From positions 1,696,001-1,760,000 of the forward strand of contig CAXXUA010000005.1 of NCBI GenBank assembly GCA_963663765.2: a stretch of 64,000 bases of DNA, given 5' to 3'. Both the position numbers and the translations under genes were made by a program. The notes beneath the pieces were generated by a model. The model was not told the origin of the DNA, ran no database searches, and saw nothing but the letters and a program-made list of their open reading frames with translations. This document shows positions 31,703-41,946 of this stretch, piece after piece (the first letter of the stretch is position 1; each line of letters starts with the position of its first letter). The DNA comes from Candidatus Poribacteria bacterium. Lineage in GTDB: Bacteria; Poribacteria; WGA-4E; WGA-3G.

Positions 31703-31887
31703 TAACCCCCTATTGACTACAAAACACTAAAAACTAAGGGTGTTGTCTAAATATTGATTGATATTGATGCAAGTTCTAACAAGAAGAACTATGATCTATC
31801 ATTCGTTAGACAATACCCTTGCTTTTTGTCAAAAGATATAAATCTTCACTGGAAAAGAATATTCCCGCAGACTAAACTATAACTGTC

Positions 31888-32107
31888 CAGGGTTATTCAG
31901 TTTTAAGAGTTTTCCATTATTAAGGTTTACTTAAAGTTAATATCCAAGGCCGGTAGGTGCGGTTTCCTAACCGCACCGCATCCTACAGAGCAAGTCATTA
32001 TGAAGGTTTTTGATCCAAATTCGGTGCGGTTAGGAAACCGCACCTATCGGCCTGGGTATAGCAGGTGTTAAAAATTCGCAAGAATAATCGAAAACTGAAT
32101 AACCCTG
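31888..32107. mobile_element. CAGGG MITE with REP-B doublet
   Basis: Perfect 9-bp TSD ATAACTGTC. Confidence 0.85.
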
Positions 32108-32221
32108 ATAACTGTCTTATCACGAATTCCTCCAATATCAAAAAAACATGCACCCGATCCTCCACATAGTCGCGTCCTTAATATAAAAAGGCAAAAATCT
32201 ATCTGTTTTTAGAGGTGACAA

Positions 32222-35200
32222 ATGAAACGCAACGATACTGTACTCATCAAACGTGTGCTTGAAGGCGATGATCACGCTTTTTCATCCCTCGTGGATAAAT
32301 ATCGGAAGCATGTTCATGCACTTGCTTGGAGAATCGTCGATGATTTTCATATCGCTGAGGAAATAACCCAAGACGCATTCCTAAAGGCATATACGGAATT
32401 GGGTTCCTTAAGGAAACCGCAACGTTTTGCAAGTTGGATGTACGTTATTACAAGACGTTGTTGCCTGGCGTGGATGCGTAAGAAACGTATACCGACAGAG
32501 TCACTTGAATATCTGCAAGAAAATCACAATGAACAATTAGAAGAGACTGTATACTCCGACTATATCGTTGAAGAAAAACAACGAACAATAGCCGAAGCAC
32601 AACATACCGTTGTGAAAAAACTGCTCGCAAAACTACAGGAAAGTGATCGCACAGTCGTCACTCTGCATTACTTCGGTGAAATGTCATGTTCAGAGATTAG
32701 TGAGTTTTTAGGTGTCTCTTCAAATACAATTAAGAGTAGACTCCGCCGTGCCAGACAAAGACTCAAGCGGGAGGAACCCATGATTAGAGAGGCATTGGAA
32801 CACTTCAAAATTTCACCCAATCTCACGAATAACATCATGCAAGAGATCTCACAAACAAAACCTGCTGCACCTTCAGTAAGCAAACCCTTCATGCCATGGT
32901 TATTCGCTGCGTCCACAGTTGTCGTAGTGTTGCTCATGTTAGGTTTTGGAAACAGCAAATTCTTGGCACGTTTTCAGCAACCCTATAGTTTTGATGCAAA
33001 CACAGAGATGACGGTTGATATTGTTAATGCCCCCGCTATGGCAAATCTTGTTTTAAACCCCAATTTACAGAAACAACTTGGCAATGTAAACGCGCAAAAG
33101 AAAGACTCTATTCTTGAGCAGGAACCAAATGAAAATTTGCCACTATCCAAAAGAACAAAAGTAGATGGAACATTTCAACATTTTTCACAATGGAATTTGC
33201 CAAAACATGCAAAAGCTCGATTGGGTAAAGGTCAAATTTATGCTGTGCAGTTCTCTCCTGATGGCAGTCAACTTGCAGTGGGAAGCGCAATTGGAATTTG
33301 GCTTTATGATGTGAACACTAGCAAGGAATTTCACCTATTTCCTGGTCCGTGTGGCTCACTTGCTTTTTCACCAGATGGACGTTACCTCGTAAATGGTGGT
33401 GGGAGTTGGTTCTGGGGAGGAGAATTCCAGATATGGGACACCACCACTTTTCAAAGAGTGCATCTTGATAAAACGCCACCTGAGACAGACGTATTGCGTT
33501 TTGAAGAAGATGGCAAAACGCTTGTGAGTATTCAAAAAGGATACTACAATGTAATCCATTCAATAAGCACTGTAGATCTTGAAACTAAACAGGTAGAGAT
33601 ATTAGATACTAAAGAGAAATTCGGACCACCAATGGAGAGTGGTCAAGTGATCGCCTTTACACAGGATAAAGTCGCAACTGCCAAAACAAGCGGTGAGGAA
33701 CGGCAAATAGAGATTTGGGATATAGTGTCTGGGAAAAAGATTTCTACACTTGCAGCTCCTGAAAAAGTAGTAAAATTTACTCATAACTTTGTTGAAGTCT
33801 TAGCATTTTCGTCTGATGGTAGACTACTTGCAAGTGGAAGTATGAACTCAATAGTGCGATTATGGCATGCCTCAACTGGAACACATTTACACACATTCCA
33901 AAAACACATGATTGATCCAAAGGACAGGAATGAAACCACAGCACTAACCTTTTCACCTGACGATAAGATGTTAGCATGTGGAAATGAAGATTCTACCGTT
34001 CAAATATGGGACATCACTACAGGTGAATCTCTTGCAGTATTCACCGAACATGCTGGTAAAATTGCTTCCCTGGCTTTTTCACCAGACAGCAGCACACTTG
34101 CCACTGCCAGTTCAGATGGAACTGTCTACTTATGGGATATTAAGACAGGACAACAATTACCGACACAGATTACTGGACACCCTTCAGGCGTATACAAAAC
34201 TGCTTTCTCTCAGGATAGTTGTACACTTGTCAGTATTGCAACTAATAGAAGTCCAACATTCTGGGATCTGACTACATTACAGCAACCAAATTTGAATTCA
34301 ACAAGTAAGTTGAAAATTGAAGGCAGACGGATAGGAGAAGGTTGGTCTTCATTTTATGCATTTTCTCCTGACGGATCAACACTTGCCAGTATCCACAGGA
34401 CAAAGAATGAACATGATCCAAAACTTACGCATCTGCTTCGTTTGACTGATTTACACACTGGCAAGGAGTTGAAAACTTATAATTGTCGATTGGAATCCAT
34501 TAAGTCTATAGAAGGAAAAGTAGTTTTCTCCCCTGATGGAAAAATGTTAGCTTTGGGTGACAACGGAGTAATCAACCTGTGGAATTTAAAAACTGATAAA
34601 CTTATGAAGATTTCGCTCATGGATCCCAAAAAATATCGTTTTTTTTATAATCAACCTAAACGTCCATTGTCAATCTCAAGGATGGTTTTTTCTCCAGATG
34701 GAAAAAAACTTGTTAGTGGAACGATGGGAGGGAAGGTTCAAATGTGGGATGTGGAATCTGGGATTGAGTTATGGACTTTTCTCGAAGGACAATGGTTTGA
34801 AGAAGCAATAAAGTTAGGAGATAATCGTATTTTTGACATTAGACTTCAAGAACGAATCCTTGATTTAACACTTTCAACAAACGGTAACTTGCTGGCAGTG
34901 ACTTCACAGAAACAAACATACTTTTTTAATTGTGATAAAAAGTCTCAGATTAATGATATGAAGTTTCCAATGACAACAAATACTTTAGCATTTTCACCTG
35001 ATGATACATTGCTAATTAATGGACGAGGTAGTGGCAATATTGAACTATGGAATTTGACAACCAGAGACAAACTCACTACCCTTGACGGCCATAGGAATGG
35101 ATTGTCCCAGTTAGCCATATCACCTGATGGCAAAACGATGACAAGCATAGGTGGTGAAGGTACGATTCTCGTGTGGGATTGGGATGGAATACAAAAAAGT

Positions 35201-35962
35201 TCACCCGAAAAGAAAGATCCTATAAAACAATTTAAGGATAAGTTAACCTCCATAACCTTAGCAAGTTCTGAGCGCGAATTATTTGCACAAGTTGCCGAAG
35301 AAATCAAAAACACCAAAGACAAAGAGAGTTACATCTCTATGTTGAATCAAATTATACAAGACATGTCGGACAAGTTGACCGTACGATTAAATGCCTCACT
35401 CGTTTTGGCTGAATTCTATCGTGAAAACGGTTTGCTGGAAAAAGCTGAAAAACTAATACAAAAAACCGGCTTCATCACTGAAGATAAGTGGTTAATCCTC
35501 GGACCTTATGATAACAAAGATGGAAACGGTTATAACACGGAATTCATTCCAGAAAACACCACAAAGGTTGATACAACCGCAAAATACGATGCCGTAAATA
35601 AACAGGTGAGTTGGCAAAAATGCACAGATGATACACTAAACGGTTATATCCATCTTGGCAAAGATGTTGATTGGTGTGTTGCTTATGCTTTTGCTACCAT
35701 TACCTCCCCTGATGAACGGGAAGTCCAATTCCGATTTGATAGTGATGATCAGGGGAAAGTCTGGCTAAACGGAGTAGAGGTATATGCACATACAAAATCG
35801 CATAGTGCAGAAATTGACAGATACACTGTTCCTGTAACGCTCAAAGCAGGCAAAAACAACGTCCTTGTCAAAGTGTGTGACGAAGAAAATGGATGGGGAT
35901 TCTATCTGCGAATTACAGACCCAAACGGACAACCTTTTGATGATCTGAAATTCGGACAATAA
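32222..35962 (+). CDS. ECF sigma factor fused to a TM helix, WD40 propeller(s) and a C-terminal beta-domain
   Basis: Sigma regions 2 and 4; hydrophobic WLFAASTVVVVLLMLGFG; many FSPDG..LA...WD repeats. Confidence 0.85.
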   Translation: MKRNDTVLIKRVLEGDDHAFSSLVDKYRKHVHALAWRIVDDFHIAEEITQDAFLKAYTELGSLRKPQRFASWMYVITRRCCLAWMRKKRIPTESLEYLQENHNEQLEETVYSDYIVEEKQRTIAEAQHTVVKKLLAKLQESDRTVVTLHYFGEMSCSEISEFLGVSSNTIKSRLRRARQRLKREEPMIREALEHFKISPNLTNNIMQEISQTKPAAPSVSKPFMPWLFAASTVVVVLLMLGFGNSKFLARFQQPYSFDANTEMTVDIVNAPAMANLVLNPNLQKQLGNVNAQKKDSILEQEPNENLPLSKRTKVDGTFQHFSQWNLPKHAKARLGKGQIYAVQFSPDGSQLAVGSAIGIWLYDVNTSKEFHLFPGPCGSLAFSPDGRYLVNGGGSWFWGGEFQIWDTTTFQRVHLDKTPPETDVLRFEEDGKTLVSIQKGYYNVIHSISTVDLETKQVEILDTKEKFGPPMESGQVIAFTQDKVATAKTSGEERQIEIWDIVSGKKISTLAAPEKVVKFTHNFVEVLAFSSDGRLLASGSMNSIVRLWHASTGTHLHTFQKHMIDPKDRNETTALTFSPDDKMLACGNEDSTVQIWDITTGESLAVFTEHAGKIASLAFSPDSSTLATASSDGTVYLWDIKTGQQLPTQITGHPSGVYKTAFSQDSCTLVSIATNRSPTFWDLTTLQQPNLNSTSKLKIEGRRIGEGWSSFYAFSPDGSTLASIHRTKNEHDPKLTHLLRLTDLHTGKELKTYNCRLESIKSIEGKVVFSPDGKMLALGDNGVINLWNLKTDKLMKISLMDPKKYRFFYNQPKRPLSISRMVFSPDGKKLVSGTMGGKVQMWDVESGIELWTFLEGQWFEEAIKLGDNRIFDIRLQERILDLTLSTNGNLLAVTSQKQTYFFNCDKKSQINDMKFPMTTNTLAFSPDDTLLINGRGSGNIELWNLTTRDKLTTLDGHRNGLSQLAISPDGKTMTSIGGEGTILVWDWDGIQKSSPEKKDPIKQFKDKLTSITLASSERELFAQVAEEIKNTKDKESYISMLNQIIQDMSDKLTVRLNASLVLAEFYRENGLLEKAEKLIQKTGFITEDKWLILGPYDNKDGNGYNTEFIPENTTKVDTTAKYDAVNKQVSWQKCTDDTLNGYIHLGKDVDWCVAYAFATITSPDEREVQFRFDSDDQGKVWLNGVEVYAHTKSHSAEIDRYTVPVTLKAGKNNVLVKVCDEENGWGFYLRITDPNGQPFDDLKFGQ

Positions 35963-36031
35963 CCTCTTTCAATATTCACTGCGATATGAAACCTACGTTC
36001 TACCGTATCAACAAGATGGAGGAGAATAATT

Positions 36032-38398
36032 ATGAATAACAAATACGATTCAACAGATTTCTGGTATACGTATCTAAAATCACTCAAAAACCGTGGACAG
36101 TTGGGTGGAAGTGAGGAATTGGAAATGGATACAGATATTCAGGACAAACTTCTCGCGTACTTCAAAACGAAAATAGAAATTGGTGCTTCTGATGGACACA
36201 CTGCACTTCCTCCTAACCTATACGATTACATTCCACGCTTTCCGAAAGAAATACTATCCAAACTACGAGTATTAGCCGGCAGGGAACTTGAGGAAAATCC
36301 TGACAACGGAGCAGCAGTCATCGTTTTAGCTATCGTGGTATACCAATCGGACTATGCGGAATACGAGTCTCTTGTGGAAAAAGCAATGGTATTGGCACCG
36401 AAAGACCTTGCACTGATTTTACATCTACTTCACTGTTACACACACACAACTGGCGGCGGTCTCGAAAGGCAGGAAATTACCATCACTGCGTTGGAAAACT
36501 TGTTTGAATGGGAAAGGCAGCAAGACGATACGCCACTATATCAAGAAGTGCAGTTTTGCTATTGGGACATTGAGATAACACTTTATGACATCTATAGAGA
36601 CATTAGCTTCCACCGTTACAATGTATCAGCACTTGCGGCACAGATACGTGCTTTAGTCCCTCTGGAAAAGACAACGTTCCCAAAAGTAGTAGTCCAAAAA
36701 AACGAAACGCTGGAACTTCTGCTTCAGAAAACAACCAATGATTCAGATTTTTGGGAGGTTTATCTTGACTCTCTTGAAAACCGTGGACTCTCAACACATT
36801 CATGGGAACTCACGTCCCAGGTACAAGCGAAACTTATAGATGCTCTCAAAACGAAGATTGAAATAGGTATTTCGGAAGGATTAACCTCGCTCCCTTCTCA
36901 ACTCCCTGAGTACGTTTCTCGTTTTCCAGACTCCATGCGTTTTGAACTCCGACTTTTCGCTGAAGATATGCTAAAAACGCAGCCTGACAACGGCGCATCA
37001 GCAAAAATATTAGCAATCATTGTTTGGAATGATAAAAACATTTATTATGGAGAAAACGATGACGATCTTTTATACCTTGAACAAGCAGTGACGTTAGCTC
37101 CCAACGATACTGAAATATGTTTTTTTGCTATTAGTCGTTATCGGAGTTTCTGCGATCCTTTGTTTAAACTAACACTCACCGCGCTTGAAAGGTTATTTGA
37201 AGGGGCAAAACAACATGGCGAATCCGGATTGTATCACTGGTTGACACAACTATACAAAGAGGACGGCAGAACGCCTTGCCATATCTATCGTAAACTGATG
37301 AAAAGTCCCGAAGGAAACGCCGAACTGCTTGCAAAGTGTAAACCCTTGATTGATCAAATGCAACATGCATTTCAGCAGAAACTTGCTAAGGAACCGAATG
37401 ACTGGTACGCTTTACGTGGACTCGGTGATATTTATGAAACTTTAGGAGAAACCGCATTAGCACAAAAATATCCTTGGACAGGTCATCAAGATACATTAAA
37501 AGTTCGCTGGAATCAGAAAGCATGGGTGGGAAAACAATTCCCCGGTTTTTCCGCTGTTACTCTTGATGGAACACCGATCTCGTTTTCAGACTACCGAGGT
37601 AAATTGGTCCTTCTCGATTTCAGTGCGAAATGGTGTCCCTTCTGTGCTCCAGAAATTCCGTATATTAAAGAGGTATACAAAGAACATCACGACAAAGGAT
37701 TAGAGGTTATTGGTGTGAGCCTGGATGAAAGCGAAGCGGAACTGCGAGAATTTACTGAGGAACATGAAATTCCGTGGCTCCAGATCTTTGATGGAAAAGG
37801 ATGGAAAAGTGAACTTGCACAGTTTTTCGGTATTAACAGTGTCCCTTCACAGTGGCTTATTGACAGGAATGGAACGATCCTCTCTGTAGATACAAGAGGC
37901 GAACAACTTGGTCAACTCGTGAACTGGACTGAAGCTACGCGGGTTGGAAACGTAATCCCAGAATTCTCAGCAGTTGATGTAGAAGGAAATACTATTACTG
38001 CAGCTGCTTTACAAGGAAAAGTTGTCCTACTCCACTTTGGTTATACACATGAAGATGAACGCATAGGAATTGATACACTCTACAAAAAATATCACGAAAA
38101 GAGATTTGAGGTAATTGGTATCAATGTAGGCGGATGGGTAGATGAAAAGGCATTACGCGATGTTGTCCGAAGAAATAAATATAAAGGACACTTCATTTAT
38201 GCCGATAATGATGAAAAGCACGCTGCACTAGCTGAACAGTTCGGACTAGGACACGGTTCAGGAAGTCGCAAAGTTGACCTGCCTGCTTTGATCCTTATTG
38301 ATACCGAAGGAAAGGTCATTGAAGCACGCTCTGGAAAAGTCCATTCACCTGAAGTTTGGATAGCAAGAATGGAGAAACTCATTGCTACACACCTATAA
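36032..38398 (+). CDS. multi-domain TlpA/redoxin protein (2 helical modules, WCPFC redoxin, Cys-less redoxin)
   Basis: LDFSAKWCPFC; second thioredoxin fold GKVVLLHFG lacks CxxC. Confidence 0.82.
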   Translation: MNNKYDSTDFWYTYLKSLKNRGQLGGSEELEMDTDIQDKLLAYFKTKIEIGASDGHTALPPNLYDYIPRFPKEILSKLRVLAGRELEENPDNGAAVIVLAIVVYQSDYAEYESLVEKAMVLAPKDLALILHLLHCYTHTTGGGLERQEITITALENLFEWERQQDDTPLYQEVQFCYWDIEITLYDIYRDISFHRYNVSALAAQIRALVPLEKTTFPKVVVQKNETLELLLQKTTNDSDFWEVYLDSLENRGLSTHSWELTSQVQAKLIDALKTKIEIGISEGLTSLPSQLPEYVSRFPDSMRFELRLFAEDMLKTQPDNGASAKILAIIVWNDKNIYYGENDDDLLYLEQAVTLAPNDTEICFFAISRYRSFCDPLFKLTLTALERLFEGAKQHGESGLYHWLTQLYKEDGRTPCHIYRKLMKSPEGNAELLAKCKPLIDQMQHAFQQKLAKEPNDWYALRGLGDIYETLGETALAQKYPWTGHQDTLKVRWNQKAWVGKQFPGFSAVTLDGTPISFSDYRGKLVLLDFSAKWCPFCAPEIPYIKEVYKEHHDKGLEVIGVSLDESEAELREFTEEHEIPWLQIFDGKGWKSELAQFFGINSVPSQWLIDRNGTILSVDTRGEQLGQLVNWTEATRVGNVIPEFSAVDVEGNTITAAALQGKVVLLHFGYTHEDERIGIDTLYKKYHEKRFEVIGINVGGWVDEKALRDVVRRNKYKGHFIYADNDEKHAALAEQFGLGHGSGSRKVDLPALILIDTEGKVIEARSGKVHSPEVWIARMEKLIATHL

Positions 38399-38699
38399 AG
38401 AATGTATAGATATTTCAGATTACTCAATTTACTATAGTTTGGACAGTTTTTCCAAGCATGAGTTGATAAGAAAATGATTCACCGCTTATCTTACCAAATC
38501 AAGATACAACAAACAAAACGGAAACCCTCTTTGCTCCAGCGGAGCAATATGTTTATAGCTACATTGTCAACCGACATCTCCGCTCCAGCGGAGATGTCGG
38601 TTCCAACACATAGCACTCCGCTGAAGTGCAGTATTTTCTCCAGTTTCACGAATATGCGAAATACATAGAAAAATAGAAATACCTTTGAAAACCAACTTA

Positions 38700-38853
38700 T
38701 ACCAATTCAAATAAATCTTGTCTCATTAAGGAATTCTAATGTTTACTGGCAGGGGGTTACTCTCTTCGGTAGGAGCGACCTCCCGGTCGCGACCGTGAGA
38801 TCGCTCCTACCAGATTTCCGCTGATAATGAGACATTAGCAACGGAAAATGGTA
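38700..38853. mobile_element. TACC-family MITE with REP-A
   Basis: TTA TSD. Confidence 0.75.
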
Positions 38854-38919
38854 TTATTTAGAAATGGTATAACAAACGGAATATGTCCAAACTATTGTCA
38901 ATTTAGGAGAACAATTATA

Positions 38920-41301
38920 ATGGATAAATACGATTCAACAGATTTCTGGTATACCTTCATAAACTCACTCTATAACGAAGGTCTTTCATCGGGTATTGGG
39001 GGATTGGAGATGGACGAGGAAACGCAGGAAAAACTCCTCGCCGATTTCAAAGCAAAGATTGAAGCGGGAATTACTGACGGTGAAACAGCACTCCCCCCAA
39101 GCCTGTCAGACTATTGTTGGCGTTTCCCAAAGGAGATGTTACCAAAACTACAGGCTTTAGCTGAAGGTTTCCTTGACACTGATCCTGATAATGGACCAGC
39201 AGCCGTGCTATTGGCAACTGTTGTCTATACGGAGTTGAACGGTATTGAGTCATTACCTTTTGTAGAAAAAGCATTAACACTCGTACCGAAAGATCCATGC
39301 TTGAATTTGCTTCTGATTTACAAGTTCAGGAGAAACTACGGCGCTGCCAATCTTGTAGATATGCAACTCAGTATTCTCACTGTGCTTGAAAATGTATTTG
39401 AGTGGGGAAAAAAACAAGACAATTCGGCACGTTTTCAAGATGTAAGTTTTTTCTATTTGCGGCAGAGAGTAACTCCTTATACAGTTTATGCAAGTGTGAA
39501 AGCAATTGAAGCACGATGGAAAAAGAGAGAAAAAGTCAAAGTCGTTGAAAAATGCAAAGAAGCAATAGAAAAATGTCGTACTTTGATATACGCGGAACAG
39601 GCACTGTTTCATAAAGATGCAATTCATGCGGCAGAAGAACAACCACTCATAGTTGATGAATCACCCGATAGTGTCAATTTTTGGGAAGCATTCCTTGATT
39701 CACTGATAGACCGTGGTATCTCAACCCCAAGATGGGTACTTACCGTGAAAGTTCAAAATCAACTGCTGAAATACTTCAAAACGAGAATAGAAGAAGGTGT
39801 TACTGATGGACTAACGACATTGCCATCTGAACTTTCTGAGTATGTTGCACTCTTTCCTAAAGCAATACATTTGGAACTTCGAGAATTCGCTGAAGAAATG
39901 CTTGAAAAACAGCCTGAGAACGGTGCTGCAGCAAAAGTGTTAGCCATCATTGTGGAAAAGAATGAGAATCTACTTCAGTTAGGAAATCCATTTCTTGAAC
40001 AAGCAGTGCAGTTAGTACCGAACGACCCAGAAATCTGCTTTTTTGTGTTGAGCTGTAACAGGGATTTTGATGAGTTGTCGTTACTGGAAAAATTGTTTGA
40101 TAGGGCACAATCGCATAGTAAAACTGAATTGTCCAATTGGTTGAAAAAACTTTACAAAAATGTAGGTACAACCCCTTGTCATTTCTATCGTAATCTAATG
40201 AAAAAGCCAGATGAAAACGCTGAGTTGATTGAACGTTATAAGCTGCTGATTGACCAAGCAAAACAAGCTTTTCAGCAACGGCTTGAAGAAGAACCTGATA
40301 ATTGGTATGCATTACGCGGACTCGGTGATATTTATGAAGCTTTAGGTGAAACCGAATTAGCACAAAAATATCCGTGGGAGTGTCATGCAGATATAGAGAC
40401 TGTGTGGAATCAGAAAGCATGGGTTGGTAGAAAACTGCCCAATTTTTCAGCGGCTGCACTTGATGGTACACCAATATCTGGATCAGATTACCATGGCAAA
40501 ATGTTGGTGCTAAATTTCTGTGCAAAGTGGTGTGGTTTCTGTGCACCAGAAATCCCACATCTCAAAAATGTCTATGAGAAACATCACGACAAAGGACTAG
40601 AGGTTATTGGTGTAAGCCTTGATGAAAACGAAGCAGTACTTCAAGAATATATCAAAGAGAATGACATACCGTGGCAACAGATTTATGATGGCAAAGGCTG
40701 GAACACAAAGCTTGCCCGGTATTTCGGTATCAATGGTCTCCCATCACAGTGGCTTATTGACAGGGATGGAACGATCCTCTCTGTAGATACAAGAAAAGAA
40801 CAACTTGGTCAACTCGTGAACTGGACTGAAGCAACGCGGGTTGGAAACGTAATCCCAGAATTCTCAGCAGTTGATGTAGAAGGAAATACTATTACTGCAG
40901 CTGCTTTACAAGGAAAAGTTGTCCTACTCCACTTTGGTTATACACATGAAGATGAACGCATAGGAATTGATACACTCTACAAAAAATATCACGAAAAGAG
41001 ATTTGAGGTAATTGGTATCAATGTAGGCGGATGGGTAGATGAAAAGGCATTACGCGATGTTGTCCGAAGAAATAAATATAAAGGACACTTCATTTATGCC
41101 GATAATGATGAAAAGCACGCTGCACCAGCTGAACAGTTCGGACTGGAACACGGTTCAGGAAGTCGCAAAGTTGACCTGCCTGCCTTTATCCTTATTGATA
41201 CCGAAGGGAAGATCATTGAAACACGATCTGGACAAGTCCATTCACCTGAAGTTTGGATAGCAAGATTGGAAAAACTCATTGCTACACATCTCGGACTGTG
41301 A
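38920..41301 (+). CDS. multi-domain TlpA/redoxin protein, paralogue of 36032-38398
   Basis: LNFCAKWCGFC. Start reassigned to MDKYDSTDFW after RBS AGGAG. Confidence 0.82.
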   Translation: MDKYDSTDFWYTFINSLYNEGLSSGIGGLEMDEETQEKLLADFKAKIEAGITDGETALPPSLSDYCWRFPKEMLPKLQALAEGFLDTDPDNGPAAVLLATVVYTELNGIESLPFVEKALTLVPKDPCLNLLLIYKFRRNYGAANLVDMQLSILTVLENVFEWGKKQDNSARFQDVSFFYLRQRVTPYTVYASVKAIEARWKKREKVKVVEKCKEAIEKCRTLIYAEQALFHKDAIHAAEEQPLIVDESPDSVNFWEAFLDSLIDRGISTPRWVLTVKVQNQLLKYFKTRIEEGVTDGLTTLPSELSEYVALFPKAIHLELREFAEEMLEKQPENGAAAKVLAIIVEKNENLLQLGNPFLEQAVQLVPNDPEICFFVLSCNRDFDELSLLEKLFDRAQSHSKTELSNWLKKLYKNVGTTPCHFYRNLMKKPDENAELIERYKLLIDQAKQAFQQRLEEEPDNWYALRGLGDIYEALGETELAQKYPWECHADIETVWNQKAWVGRKLPNFSAAALDGTPISGSDYHGKMLVLNFCAKWCGFCAPEIPHLKNVYEKHHDKGLEVIGVSLDENEAVLQEYIKENDIPWQQIYDGKGWNTKLARYFGINGLPSQWLIDRDGTILSVDTRKEQLGQLVNWTEATRVGNVIPEFSAVDVEGNTITAAALQGKVVLLHFGYTHEDERIGIDTLYKKYHEKRFEVIGINVGGWVDEKALRDVVRRNKYKGHFIYADNDEKHAAPAEQFGLEHGSGSRKVDLPAFILIDTEGKIIETRSGQVHSPEVWIARLEKLIATHLGL

Positions 41302-41330
41302 TAGAATAGAAGGTAGGAGGTATAACCGTT

Positions 41331-41789
41331 ATGGCATATTTTATTACTGACGAATGCATCGGATGTATACAGTGTTTAGACAATTGTCCAGTTGATGCAA
41401 TCACTGGTGATCGCAATAAACTGCACATCATTGATCCAAACGTATGTATTGACTGTAGTGCATGTGGCATGGTGTGTCCTGTGGAAGCGATACGAGACCA
41501 GTTCGGCAAAGTGTGCAAGTTTATTCCGCGCCCCACATATCGTCCCAAAGCCGTTATCTATGAGGAACTTTGTTCTGGATGTGACTTCTGTGTGCTAATC
41601 TGTCCGTGGGATTGCCTTGAAATCGTAGACCCAATTACCAATGAACCCGCCGACAGTTTCTTTGGTGTGTGTGAACTTGTGAAACCAGCAGACTGTGTCG
41701 GTTGCTTGCTATGTGAAGAAGTTTGTATCAAAGATGCAATTCGGGTTGAATCACCTATTTTATTGGAACTCGCTGAAGCCGCAGATTGA
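41331..41789 (+). CDS. polyferredoxin with four CxxCxxCxxxC motifs
   Basis: CIGCIQCLDNCP, CIDCSACGMVCP, CSGCDFCVLICP and CVGCLLCEEVC. Confidence 0.9.
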   Translation: MAYFITDECIGCIQCLDNCPVDAITGDRNKLHIIDPNVCIDCSACGMVCPVEAIRDQFGKVCKFIPRPTYRPKAVIYEELCSGCDFCVLICPWDCLEIVDPITNEPADSFFGVCELVKPADCVGCLLCEEVCIKDAIRVESPILLELAEAAD

Positions 41790-41946
41790 GAACTGCTTTT
41801 ATTCTAATGTAGCACAATCTTTTAGATTGTGCAGGTGAGCGCGCATACTGGAAATGGACGCTACAAAATATAGACTAATTATCAGCATTTTTGATTAGAG
41901 ATGGTGTTTCTAGGTCTAAGTCTTATCCGTAGCAGCTTGGGTTATT

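Noticed and set aside
38460-38699. Possible further MITE around GCTCCAGCGGAG palindromes
   Set aside because: The ends are too degenerate to define TIRs or a TSD confidently.
38848-38919. N-terminal extension of the 817-aa ORF
   Set aside because: It begins inside a MITE end; paralogue alignment and the RBS support the ATG at 38920.
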